DNA of 64,000 nt, taken from contig NC_042997.1 in the NCBI RefSeq assembly GCF_006345805.1, positions 116,560,001 through 116,624,000 on the forward strand. The letters run 5' to 3'. Positions 12,693 through 25,634 of the stretch are shown here, piece after piece; the stretch's first letter is position 1; the number at the start of each line of letters is the position of its first letter. The stretch comes from Octopus sinensis. Taxonomy: Eukaryota. The notes below the pieces were generated by a model. That model ran no database searches and had not been told where the DNA came from. It worked only from the letters and a program-made list of their open reading frames with translations. A program made the position numbers and the translations under genes.

Positions 12693-15600
12693 TATATATA
12701 TATATATATACATATATATACATATATATACACATACACAACACACTAGACAGTCTTATAAGTTCACAGACATCAGACGAAGTCTACATACAATATGAAA
12801 AAAAATAAATAAATACATGTTTAAAAAGAAAGAGGCAAAACTGAAATAGTTTCTTTTAAGTCAAATATCTTTCGAGAAACATTTGAGAAAATAAAATGGC
12901 ATGCCTGATTATTATAAATAATGGTGATATCGTTTTACTTACTAAATTAATTTACGCTTCCATAGGAAATGCTACAGACGGGACAACTTTAAACTCCACT
13001 TCGTTGTTAGGCAACAAACGTAAACAAGCACTTTTATAGCCGCCGATAGTAAATCCTGTTTGAGATATAAAATTAGGAATAACAAAAATATAATTTTTTA
13101 TATTATTTTTCAGACACATATAATGCATTATTTCTATTCAAAAATATTAAAAGAACATACTAAATACTGAAGTGCAACAGTTACAACCAATTACTTCGTA
13201 CGATTTCTTTTGAACTCACAAGAAAACGTATCTATTTCTTTATTTTACTGATCCTGGCTAATTGCAATTATTTATATCGACCTTGCTCTATTTTAAATAA
13301 AACATGCAGAGGCGTATCTCTAAATAGTTTACTGTTCTTTGTCACCGCCCTTCTAAAGCAAGCAGCAGTTTCTTGGTATGGAATTTAAATAAACCTAACA
13401 TTCTTTTCCTTATACGTGTGTATGCAGCATCAGTTTACAAGCGGTATTTCGTCTGCTGCTACGTTCTGAGTTCAAATTCCGCCGAGGTCGACTTTGTCTT
13501 TCATCCTTTCGACGTCGATTGAATAAGTACCAGTTACGCACTGGAGTCGATATAATCGACTTAATCCGTTTGTTCTTGTTTGTCCTCTCTGTGTTTTGCT
13601 CCTTGTGGGTAGTAAAGAAATAGGTTTAACCGTTTTCTTGCTTAAAAGAGAAATAATTTACTGTTGTCCATAACATAGATTCTCTTTTCAATTTAGAAAC
13701 CAATTTGTTTCGTTTACGGCATTAAATCATCAGGAAAGACGTTCAACGCCTTAAACTGTCCATTTCTCTCGAAGAAGAGATGGCGGTTAAGGCGGAAGGG
13801 AAATGAATAGCTTTTCTAATCAAGCAGACTTTTATAAGCTATACGCACTGCTCTTAACTGGGTATAATATTAATTGTTTCTCATTTTGGCATAAGGCCAG
13901 CAACTTAGAAGGAAATCTGTTGCATCAACCTCAGTGCTCATTTGATCGCTGGGGCAGACCCCGAAAGAATGAAAACCAAAGTCGACTTTGGCGGAATTTG
14001 AACATAGGACATAAAGCTGGAAGAAATGCCGTCAAGCATTTTGTCTGGTGTGCTAACGATTCCGTCATCTCGTTGCCATCTTATAATTGTTCAAATTTTG
14101 TTACAAGACCAGCAGTTTTAGTGGTGGAGGAGGGGGGGGCAAGTTGATTATATCGACTCTAGTACTTAACAGCTACTTTTTTTTATCGACCCCGAAAGGA
14201 TAAAAGTTGGCCGAGACAGAATGGAACTCAGAACGGAATTAGCCGGAACAAATATCACACAGCACTTTTCCGACGCTCAAACGATTCTGCCAGCACGCCA
14301 GTAATCGTATCTCACTTTTGTAGAAGTAAGGATTCCTGTGAAAATCATATTTTGGTTGGTTCCGATTCTAGAGATCAATCGCTTGACTTTTCATTATTAG
14401 ATGCATCTATCGAAAGAAGGACTAAGAACTATGAAGAAACGTTAGAAGCAGGGCACGTGCTCCTCATCACCTTGAGGAAAGAAGTGCGCCCTTCTAAATA
14501 ATGATATGCTCTTTTCTCCTGGAATTGTATTCCCATCTAGTCGTAAGTAGTCACTACTACAACAACTTTTTAATCTTAACCTCAGTTTGTTTATAAAGTT
14601 TTATTTACTTTGTTCGAAAAATATTAATTAAGTTTCTTTGATATGTATTCAGCCTTGAAATACAAACATACGCGCAAGTCGTTGAAGGATCGACTACTTA
14701 CGACTAGCTAGCGCGCACCGGGACCAATAGTAGTACCAATAATTCTTTCTACTTTAGGAAGAAGACCTCAGATTTTGGAGGATAAGGGGAGTCGATTACA
14801 CCGACCCAGTTCTTGACTGGTATTTATTTTAACGACCCAGGAAGAATAAAAGGCATAGTCGGCCCCAGCAGATATTGAACACAGAACGTAAACATGGAAA
14901 ATGCTGCAAAGAAACATCAAATAGTAATATCACTACACCTACCATGACCAACTTATAACACAATAAAGGATATTAAATCAAACGGCGAATCACTTTGGTA
15001 TGACAAGCATTGGAGAGCAGCGGAAGTGAAGTACTTTGTTCCATTTTAAAAATGAAATGGAACTTTGCAAATTTCTCGTGGAAATGTAGAAAAATGATAA
15101 TCAAAGAGCAGGTTTCATTTTGCAAAAGTCACCGAATTGAATATCGTTGCTATTATGTAAAAGTGTCGTAAGTCCAAAACGTTGCTTTTTCAGAAAACGA
15201 AAAATTAGTTTCACCATTCCATAGCAAAACCGTTGTACTACACTTTGAGACAATTTTTGATATTTTGGCATCTGAAGTAGCTGGAGATATGATAGTTTGA
15301 CCAAAAGAACCGGCCACTGCTATTCTTCGAAATTTTGGGGGGAGGGTCCAGTCGATTAGATCGACCCCAGTACGCAACTGGTAGTTAATTTATCGACCCC
15401 AAAAGGATGAAAGGCAAAGTCGACCTCGGCGGAATTTGAACTCAGAATGAAAAGACAGAAGAAAAAATAAATATCGAAAAAACGCATTTAGTCAAATTTG
15501 AAAACCCGTGACAGGGGTTATCTCACCCTTTTTCCTCCCCTCTTTTTACATAGATGTTGTGACATACAAACAGATGGAGATCAACTTCTCTATTATAAGA

Positions 15601-17246
15601 TTATCCTAGTTTTATCGGAATCGAAACCTCTATACGCTAATTAAGCCAACCAATTCAGAATCGATCGTCTGCTTAAATTTGAGCGGTTCGATCTCAATCC
15701 TAACTCCCCAATGGTTGTTCAAGAATAGAAAATTTCTTCTCAGTTCTGTCTTAAGAAAACTTTGTGTAAAAAAAAAAAAGAAGTTTCTGAATGTACTACT
15801 TATGAAAGAGCTATTCGTATGCAGACGTTTTAATTTTCCCCGTTGTCTTGTGAGTTATTTAATAACCCTTATAAATTTTAGACCTTTTTAGATAGTTCAA
15901 CAAAATTACATGATTATTTTAGCGAAGCAGGTGTTTTACGGAATCAGTCTGAGAAGCGTAGTTTAGACTAGAAAAAAATTGTTCTAACTAATTGGCTTTC
16001 TCTTGACAAATCCGCTCGACACCAGATTAATCAACCAGATGTTCAGATTTGTTCTCTCACTTGTAACCATGATATGCCGTGTTTTTTCACCTTTTCCGTA
16101 GCTTTTGTCAAGTTATAACGCTGAGCTTAGCCTCCACAAACAATTTCTCCTAGTAATTTTCAAGAATCGCTTTTATATAAACTTTTACTGGATTGAAATT
16201 GCAAATTAAGATTGAAATTTTTAAAGTCAGAATTTTATTCTATTTTAACCGGTATTCGCATAGTATTATTAAATTATTATTATTTCATCCTATGAACAAG
16301 ATTCGGCTATCATTTTCTTTTGGTAATCAGAAAACAAAAGAAAAATAATATACAAGCCAACTTTTGTAGCTAAATGTTAAAGACCATATTATAATTTTGT
16401 AATAGCATCTTCAAAACATACCAATGAAATTTCGCTCGCTAATACCCTGCAACTCGGCACCAACAGCATGATGAAGAGTCTTTAGACAAGAATCTGCCAG
16501 CCCCCAAAACCTTATGTAAAGGTTACCCATTTTCATTCTATGACCGTAGTTCAGCGAAGAGTCAGTTCCTGATGTTTTTATCAGTGCTTTGTGGTTGTCG
16601 TTAATGCGAAAGCATATATCAGAACTTTAGATTTCTTGAACATATTTGGTAAGACAAGAGCTCCTAGTTCGGTTCAACACAGTTAAATTATTCAAACAGA
16701 GCTACTATATCCGAATAAATTTCTACTTTGTGAAATCAACGCAGAATTCGTTTCGGTAACAGCAGCAGCCAGTGCCAAATGCTTTTTCATTTTTTTTTTC
16801 TCGTCTGTGAGTTCTCAAGGTATTCGCGGATTAGTTGACCTGCACATGAAACGAAGTCCACTTCTTGTACAGAGGTATTCATAAAGGCCTACACACTGTT
16901 TCGTACAAGCTCACTCCTATGGTCGCACACTTACATGAACGACGACCCAACCTGTTGCCACGGATCATATTACGAACATCGAACCATCATTTTGGATACC
17001 CTAGCTTGACAGCGAGAAATGATACTTAACATGAACCAGCATTTTCTAAAAGCTATAACATTCTTTTTTGCCAATAAAAGTTGCCGGATCTACGACAACT
17101 ACAAACCACTGATAATGACATCACAAATTAACTTATATCCGTTGAATTGAGCTCTTTTCACCCCACTCCAACACCTTTTTAAAAAAATTATTCCTTAGTT
17201 AGGAAGGAAAAGCAGTACTGATGACCCTTTAAAGGAATTCAAGATT

Positions 17247-17641
17247 TTATTTACATTCGACGGATATTTGTCCTCATCTTGTTTGTTGTTAACACAACAT
17301 TTCAGCCTTCTTCAGGTATCTTGGGGAAATTTCGAACCTGGGTTCTTATTCCTAAGGTATTTTTCGATGATGATGATGATGTAGTTGTTGTTGTTTTTCA
17401 GGTCACTGCTTGGAATCGAACTCAGAATCTTGGGGTTGGTAGCCCGCGCTCTTAACCACTACACCATATGCCCGTGGGCATATGGTGAATGAGAACCCAG
17501 GTTCGAAATTTCTCCAAGACACCCGAAGAAGGCTGAAGGGTATATCAGCCGAAAGGTTGAGTTAACAACAAACAAGATAAGGACAAATATCCGTCGAATG
17601 TAAATAATGTATATAATTCCTCATCTCTTAAATATAGAACT
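17247..17641. mobile_element. Inverted dimer of tRNA-head/hammerhead SINE, copy B (degenerate ribozymes)
   Basis: 12-bp direct repeat gaattcaagatt at 17235-17246 and 17642-17653; palindromic centre accatatgccc-gt-gggcatatggt. Confidence 0.85.
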
Positions 17642-17659
17642 GAATTCAAGATTCGTTGG

Positions 17660-18390
17660 AGGGAGGGAAGAATATATACTCAAAATGCAGACCTGACCCA
17701 AATGCCGTACAAGAAAACTGACCATTCTTTCTAAAAGTATGCAGTGGGTGTAATATCTTTGACCATTGTTCTATATTCTCGCCTCAAATTGAAGCTGAAG
17801 GTGTTGTAGGGACTACACTAGATCCACAGAGGAACGCATGAAAGCTGTCGCTAGATGCAGTGTGTGGTCGCCAAACTTGAATGTTGAGACTGAAATGACT
17901 TGTAATGTTTGTGAAGTATGCTCTCGGGATCAAAGCAGTCCAGCTCAGCCCCGGGAATATCCAAACCAGCCATGAGAAATAATATACGATAGACTTTACT
18001 GGTCGATTCGTGAGACATGGTCTTAATTGTTGTTAAGTAATCGAAATGGACGGAAGTCTGTATCAAGAACTGGGCAGCTGCTACTGTCAAAGTGAAAAAG
18101 TTGAGAGAAATCTTCGCCATTCCTGGTCCGCCGATAATATCATTAAGTGACAATGGTCTATGTTTTGTTAGTAAAGATTTTAAATTATTTATAGGCTTTC
18201 CTGGAATAAGGCATATATTCACTGCCCCGTAACATCCCTTGTAACGACAATGTGTAGCGATACGTTACATCGAATAAATGAATGAAGAACATTTTCTTAC
18301 TGATTGGGATGACTATTTTATTTTTATGATGGTCGTTACAATATATAAGATGCAACTTCTTCGAGTTGTTTGTGTACACATCTTGTTAGT
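17660..18390 (-). mobile_element. Highly degenerate Gypsy integrase relic, inverted relative to the one at 18563-19188
   Basis: 17720-17759 is 32/40 identical to the reverse complement of 18628-18667; weak motif remnants (WIFPGLSW, SFHAFL, PTTPSAS). Confidence 0.45.
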
Positions 18391-18400
18391 TTCTACGACC

Positions 18401-18546
18401 CAGTAGCGTAACTAGGGGGGAGTAGGAGCGGTCCGCCCCGGCCGGCATTTTTGAGTCTGCTGTTGGCAATATATGTTTTTTGTGGGGTCCGGGGGCGGTA
18501 AACGGAAGGGCCGCTCCAGATGGCATACACTCTAGCTACGCTAGTG
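18401..18546. mobile_element. hAT-type MITE, 146 bp
   Basis: 15-bp TIRs (cagtagcgtaactag / ctagctacgctagtg, 13 of 15 match) and a perfect 8-bp TSD ctacgacc. Confidence 0.88.
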
Positions 18547-18562
18547 CTACGACCATTTTTCA

Positions 18563-19188
18563 CCTACTGAAACCAAATACTCGCGGTCGAGTTTTACAGT
18601 GAGGGCCAATATATGAAATAAAGGGCGAAGATATTACATCCGCTGCGTCTATTTAGAAAGGATGATCGTGTCCTTGTAGAGAATTTTGGAGCTGGTGAAC
18701 ACTGGGTGGGGGTGGGGGGCACTATTACAAGGGCCACATCAGGGTACCGGCAACTCGGGCAGTCGCCCGGGGAACCATGTATTCGGGCCAAGGAGGGCGT
18801 GACAAAGACAAGGAAATTTCCACGATTGTCAGCTTGTACGTGCCGAAGTTCAGCTTGCTCGGGGCGCCAACAACCTTAGGGCCGACCCTCGCTATAACCC
18901 AGCAGTTGGTAGCCGTGAATTTTGAACTAAGAGTAGATGGAAACGTGTTAGAACGACATTTAGACCGAAGTATCGAATCTCATGTTCCTACTTTCATCGC
19001 ATCTGAGGTTCCAGTTATTCTTGGTATACCTAAAATTTCTGAGTTACCTGAAATACCGGGTGAAGTTTTTGAATCATAAACTGAAATACCGAGTTCCAGC
19101 ATCGCTTGAGGTGTCAATTATTGCCGATTCTTCTCTGTATGATTTTGTTCTCTGTCCCAGTACATCTAGAGCACTGATTGGTCCCTGA
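18563..19188 (+). mobile_element. Gypsy-type integrase C-terminal relic
   Basis: Degenerate translation LLKPNTRGRVLQ...RLFRKDDRVLVENFGAGEHWVG...QQLVAVNFELRVDGNVLERHLD fits the post-core SH3-like segment of Gypsy pol. Confidence 0.65.
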
Positions 19189-19292
19189 ATTTGGGTGAAG
19201 GTAAAAAAATACGCACACCCGATGTTTAGGGTTAGGGTTAGTTTTGGGGTCAGTGGGTTAGGGATTTTGTTACACCGAAAACAAGTGGGTAA

Positions 19293-19507
19293 ATTTTCAG
19301 ATTAACATCCGCACGACCCCCCACCCCCGGATTTTTTTTACGTGGAATCATGTACCCTGACCTCTTAATATGCTGCAAATCCCATATTTTGGTTCGGAAG
19401 GGGGGAAGCGAAGGGATTTGCAGCATATTAGGGAGTCAGGGTGCTTGATTACACGCAAAAAATCCAGATTTTTTTTGTGAAAATCGTACGGGTGTTAATC
19501 TGAAAAT
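19293..19507. mobile_element. Foldback/MITE-like inverted repeat
   Basis: Arms of about 90 bp (outer 24 bp 22/24 complementary) around a 29-nt spacer at 19384-19412. Confidence 0.7.
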
Positions 19508-19716
19508 GTACTGATACTTCTGCTGGTATACCAAAAATGAATGTAAATACAGAAAGCGTAAGAGTGGCTGTGTGGTAAGTAGCTTGCTTACGAACCACAT
19601 AGTTCCGGGTTCAGCCCCACTGCGTGGCACCTTGGGCAAGTATCTTCTACTATAGCCTCGGGCCGACCAAAGCCTTGTGAGTGGATTTGGTAGACAGAAA
19701 CTGAAAGAAGCCCGTC

Positions 19717-19749
<33 letters not shown>

Positions 19750-20153
19750 GTATGTATGTGTGTGTATATGTTTGTGTGTCTTTGTTTGTCCCCCAACATC
19801 GCTTGACAACCGATGCTGGTGTGTTTACGTCCCCGTAACTTAGCGGTTCGGCAAAAGAGATCCTATAGAAATAAGTATTAGGCTTACAAAGAATAAGTCC
19901 TGGGGTCGACTAAAGGCGGTGCTCCAGCATGGCCACAGTCAAATCACTGAAACAAATAATTGAGTAAAGAGTAAGACGAGAAAAGGCTTGACAAAGTCGA
20001 ATCCCCTTTAAAACGGCAATGAAATTCGAACACGTTAGGAATATTGTTTTCATTAGAGTTATTTTTCTCTGCTGTTTTCTTATACCTGTTTCTCTCACTA
20101 CTACAAACCGATAACTAGTTTATTCGCCCATATGACAACTAACTTATTCTAAA

Positions 20154-20778
20154 CTAGCAGTATCGCCCGGCGTTGCTCGGGTTTGTAAGGGAAATAACTA
20201 TATAAGCATTTTTAGAGAGTTATAGCAAAAAAATGCATTAAAAATGGAATAAAAAATGATGGTAATTTTTTTTTAAATCGTTGACTCATCGTAGACATTT
20301 TTAGAGAGTTACTTCCCTTATATAATAGCGAAAAAATGCATTAAAATGGAAAAAATGATGGTAAATTTTTTTTTAAATCGTAGACTCATGTAGACGCTTT
20401 CTTAGCCATTTCTGTTTTGGTGTCTTCAAGCCATGAAGTCGTTGTTCTAAAAGAACGCTGGTCTCCTTGACAAAGCATTACGACGTTGATTTCCTTACAC
20501 TCCCTTCCCCACAGGTGCAGGTGTGAGTGTGGACGCCAACTCCGCCGCCATCGACACACGAAAAAATGTGCATTAAAATGGAATAAAAAATGATGTTAAA
20601 TTATTTTTAAAATCGTAGACTCATCGTAGACGCGCGCTAATACCCAGACGGGCTCGATATGAATCACGACTATAAGATACCCGAATTTGGTTAAACTGCA
20701 CCGCAAAATGTGGTAGTAGTTAGGAATCTAAATCGTAGGAGACAGACACTCACACAACTACAGTTTTATATATATAGA
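20154..20778 (-). mobile_element. Non-autonomous Helitron, 240 bp upstream of the GPN1 ATG
   Basis: On the minus strand starts with TC and ends with CTAG, inserted at an AT site with no TSD; subterminal hairpin cccggcgttgctcggg; three internal repeats of about 90 bp. Confidence 0.78.
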
Positions 20779-21018
20779 TATTGAATTCATAAAACTTTAA
20801 ATAATTTTTAAAAAATATTTGTGCTCTATTAGTTATTTTCGTATAAATTATATTTTCAATTAGAGAGAAAAAAACTGGGTTCATTTAAATATAGATTTGA
20901 TATCAAATTAGATTATTTAATTCTTATAATATTTATTTTATTCTAATCTTTATTTTAAGATTAATCATATTTTACGCTATTTGTTTACGAAACAGTGGTA
21001 ATTGTTTATATTTACAAC

Positions 21019-21180
21019 ATGGCGGACGCAAGTGAAAGTTCTCCGTCGGAGAAAGAAGAGAAAATGACACCTGAAGATAATAATAACGTTGAAGGAGCTG
21101 AAGGTGGAGCTAGTCAGGTGAAACCAACGTGTGTCATTGTTCTTGGAATGGCTGGATCTGGTAAAAGCACATTTGTACAG
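21019..21180 (+). CDS. GPN1: GPN-loop GTPase 1, coding exon 1 (MADASESS...VIVLGMAGSGKSTFVQ, P-loop)
   Basis: ATG in context acaacATGG; G1 motif GMAGSGKS matches the GPN1 family; GT donor at 21181; 162 nt, ends phase 0. Confidence 0.95.
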
Positions 21181-22950
21181 GTATTAATTCATTTTTCTTT
21201 CTCGTTCCGATTCATGACTTGTTTATACACGCTGCTTGTTTATATCAGGCCAGGCCCCGACTGAACAAGCAGGTGATCAAAGACAATCCAACATTCACCA
21301 TCCTATCCATTTATATATCTAGGTTTCCATTGTCCAGTTTACTGGATAATGGAATCAGTATTTTCTGAATACTGTATGTTTTGATTTTGGTGGCTGCTGT
21401 TTCTAGCTGGCGAAGCTACCGCGATTTGACTGTTAATTCTAGCTCGTTGAGTAATCATATACTAACATCCACATCCCAGTGCTTATTACATTGTTTGTTA
21501 AAAGGCCAAACAACAACCACAACGGCAATGACTAAAAGCTATTAAAATAAATTGCTGGTACTACTTAATAAGAGTGGTCCCGGTGCGCGTACTCGCGCAT
21601 CCGCGCTAGCTAGTCGTGACTAGTCGATCCTACAACGACTACCTAGCAAAGTAAAACACAAAATAAATAATTGGCGTAACTTCGGTAGAGAAGCAGAAAA
21701 GAGAGGTTGAAAACGGTGGAGAAATGTTGTCAATGGCCTATGCTCCATTGGGAGGAAAGGGCTGTAGTAATTCATAAATAAAAACAGGACGATCATGGTT
21801 GGAATACCTTTAATCATTGATCTCTTTGTTCATGGTTGACCTGAGTTTAAAAAAAAACTTGTATTTGTTTGTATATAATATTGTTTATTTCATAATATTC
21901 CAATATCTTGAAGGCGGCAAGCTGGCAGAAATGTTAGCATGCCGGGCAAAATGCTTAGTGGTATTTTGTCTGTCTTTACATTCTGAGTTCAAATTCCACC
22001 AAGGTTGACTTTGCCTTTCATCCTTTCAGAGTTGATCTAATTGACTAGCCCCCTCTCCCAAAATTTTGGGCCTTGTGCCTAGAGTAGAAACGAATATTCC
22101 AATATTTTGAGAAAGTATGATGGCAAGCTTGCAGAATCGATGCCACACTTGTTAAAATGCTTTGTGGCACTTTTGCAAATCAAAGTCGCTGACTGGCGCC
22201 TGTGACAGTGGAGCGCTAAGGGCACCATCCGAGCGTGATCATTGCCAGAGCAGCTGACTGGCTTCCGTGCTGGTGGCACATGAAAAAACATTCGAGTGAG
22301 GTCGTTGCCAGTGCTGCTGGACTGGCTCTTGTGCAGGTGGCATGTAAAAAACACCATTTGAACATAGCCGTTACCAGTACCACCTGACTGGCCCTCATGC
22401 TGGTGGCGCGTAAAAGCACTCACTGCACTCTTGGTGTGGTTGGCGTTAGGAAGGGCATCCAGCTGTAGAAAACTCTGCCAGATTAGATTGGAGCCAGGTG
22501 CAGCCATCTGGTTCGCCAGTCCTCAGTCAAATCGTCCAACTCATGCTAGCATGGAAAGCAGACGTTAAATGATGATGATGATGATGATGATTTACATCCT
22601 GAGTTCAAATGCCACCAGGGATGACTTTGTGTTTCATCCTTATGGTTTCACTAATATAAGTGCCAGTTGAACAGTGGGGTCAGTGTAATTGTCTTATCCC
22701 CTGAAATTACTGGCCTTCACCCATTACACTTTTGGAGTTGTTGGTGTTAGGAAGGGTATCCAGCTGTAAAAACCATGTCAAATCAGTTTGGTGCAGTCCC
22801 TCAGCTTACCAGCCCTGGTCAAACCATCCAACCTATACCATCATGGACAATGGATATCAAATGATGATGATGATGATTACAATATTTTAGGAATGTAAAT
22901 ATTTTGAATATTTCATTTTGCTATTTCCAATCTTTTTTTCCTTTTATTAG

Positions 22951-23044
22951 CGGCTAACAGGGCACCTTTTTATGAAGAACAATGCTCCCTATGTCATTAA
23001 CCTCGATCCGGCTGTACTTGACGTATCTTTTCCTGCTAATATTG
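22951..23044 (+). CDS. GPN1: GPN1 exon 2 ([31 protein letters not shown])
   Basis: Polypyrimidine tract plus tag acceptor, gtaagt donor; YVINLDPAV is the GPN G2 region; 94 nt. Confidence 0.96.
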
Positions 23045-25594
23045 GTAAGTAAATTCATTGATATTGATTTTTGTTGAGATGAGTTTTTGTCTTTGATTAT
23101 TTCAGGTTCAACAACTTAACCCTTTTGCTCTGTGTTTCTTTCATTGTCTTTTACTCTTTTAATTGTTTCAGTCATTTGATTGTGGCCAAGCTGGAGCACC
23201 GCCTTTAGTCCAGCAAATCGACCCCAGCACTTATTCTTTGTAAGCGTAGTACTTGTTCTATTGGTGTCTTTTGCTGAACCGCTAAGTTATGGGGACGTAA
23301 ACACACCAGCATCAGTTGTCAAGCGATGTTGGGGGGGGGGGACAAACACAGACACACAAACATATATACACACATACATACATATCTATATATATATATA
23401 CGACAGGCTTCTTTCAGTTTCCGTCTACCAAATCCACTCACAAGGCTTTGGTAGGCCCGAGGCTATAGTAGAAGACACTTGCCCAAGGTGCCACGCAGTG
23501 GGACTGAACTCGGAGCCATGTGGTTGGTAAGCAAGCTATTTACCACACAGTCACACCTACGCCTATATTTACTTCAAATATAACAAAGAATTTAGTAAAA
23601 TAACATAGTTATCATTAAGCTAGTGTTAGAGACATAAATTGTGACTAAGGTTTGGTGGAAGATTTTAATTCAAAACTTATGAAAACAAGACATTTGTACT
23701 CTGAGCCAGAACCGGTTTCAGCTGGGTTGGTAACGAAAGGGTTAAATCCCTTTGGCATTCAGATTACTCTGTCAAATCTCTTGCTTATTTATTCACATCG
23801 TTTTGAATTAATCAGGCATTATCTGATAGCCTCAAAATTGCAATGATGAGATCGTTTAGTTTAGAATGTCATAGCAAGGTGGGTGTGCGAGGCTGGATCT
23901 CGTTAGTTTGAACATAAAAAAAGGTAGAATATTTAGTCCAGTTTAAATGCTAAAGAGTTAAACACCTATAGTTAGCTTAATTATCCCTTTCCTTATTAAT
24001 CTTTTATATTAATGTGTTAATGCTAAATTCCTGTGGTGAAAACAATCTGTTGACTCTGTGGGAAGGAGATAGTCAAGTGTGTGTGTAATAGAAAATGAGA
24101 GACACAAAAGAATGCTACCAACATATGCACATACACACACACACACACACACAAATACAACTGACATGGACTACAATGAACTCTGTGTGTCTGTGTAGCA
24201 AGAGAGAAGGAGAGAAAGAGAGAAAGGGAGTGGTGGGTATTCATATTTGTGAGAACTGAAACTATTTTTGGATCTTACATTTCACACATCTCTGTTACCG
24301 AGAGATTGGTGGCTTTGCTAAGGACACAGTGTGACATGGTGACTGAAGCAAATCTCAGCTGCAGATTGGAATGGTCCAGTTAGTTCACTGTAGTTAGTGG
24401 CAAATCACTGTATGATGAACATCATCATCATCATTGTCATTTAATGTCCGTTTTCCATGCTGGCATGGGTTGGATAGTTTGACTGAGGACTGGTGAGCCA
24501 GAAAGCTGCACCAGGCTCAATCTTATCTGGCAAAGTTTCTACAGCTGGATGCCCTTCCTAATGCCAACCACTCTGAGAGTGTAGTGGGTGCCTTTTACGT
24601 GCCACTGGCATGAAGGCCAGTCAGGTGGTTCTGGCAACGATCATGGTCAAAAGGTGTTTTTTACGTGCTACCTGCATGGGAGCCAGTCTGGTGGAACTGG
24701 CAATGACTACGCTTGAATGTTGTTTTCAACATGCCACCGGCACATGTGCCAGTAAAGTGACACTGGCAATGATCACGCTTGAATGGTACTTTTTACCTGC
24801 CACGCAGAATATTTTATTAGCCAGCAATTATCAGCTTCAGTAGTCTAAGAAGTCATCACTGATAGGGTCACACCAATGTATCTTGTAGTGAATCACCACA
24901 TGTAGGAAAAGTCGTACTTCTTTAACAATCCAATTTTAACATCCACTTTTCCATGCTTGCATGGGTGGAACAAAGTTTATTGAGGCAGATTTTTCTGCAG
25001 CCAGATGCCCTTCCTGTTGCCTACCCATGCCTGTTTCCAAGCAAAGTAATATTGCCCCATGGCTAGACATGGTTTCACAGAATATTGGAAATGAATGACA
25101 TTTCTTTACAATTATCACATGATGCCAGGACCAGGACACATGGACACACACATGCAATCTAATGTGGCAGTCCTAGGTAAGGGAAGAATGCTACTGCTAT
25201 TTAACCCCAGGAAATGCCGTTTCTAGTTGGCTATGCAACACAAGCATCCTGTGTCCTCAAGTTTTCAAACAGGGGAGATAAGCACCTCTCCCCCACAAAG
25301 CCACCACCACCACCACCACCACTGCTTGACGACTGGTGTTGGTATCTTTATGTTCCTGTAACTTAACAGTTCAGCAAATGGGATTGATAGAATAAGTACC
25401 TGGTTTAAAAAAAAACAAAAACAAGTACTGCAGTTGATTCACTTAACTAAAACATTCTTCAAGGCAGTGCCCCAGCATGGCCACAGTCTAATGACTCTAA
25501 CATGGAAAAGATAAAGCCTCGAGTTCTATTTCAATAACTCAATTAACTGTGAAATTTCTTTTTTGATTTATTCTATGTCTGTGCGTCTTTTCAG

Positions 25595-25634
25595 ATATTC
25601 GAGACACTGTGAATTACAAAGAAGTCATGAAACA
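25595..25634 (+). CDS. GPN1: GPN1 exon 3 (DIRDTVNYKEVMKQ)
   Basis: ttttcag acceptor; DIRDTVxYKEVMKQ is the GPN1 signature; followed by the U12 donor GTATCCTT; 40 nt. Confidence 0.96.

Noticed and set aside
17851-18222. 123-aa minus-strand ORF as a host gene exon
   Set aside because: No recognisable domain; adjacent sequence is homologous to the Gypsy relic at 18628, so a TE origin is more likely, though not excluded
19224-19240. Interstitial telomere
   Set aside because: Under three TTAGGG units and adjacent to a foldback element; too short to support a fusion or healing event
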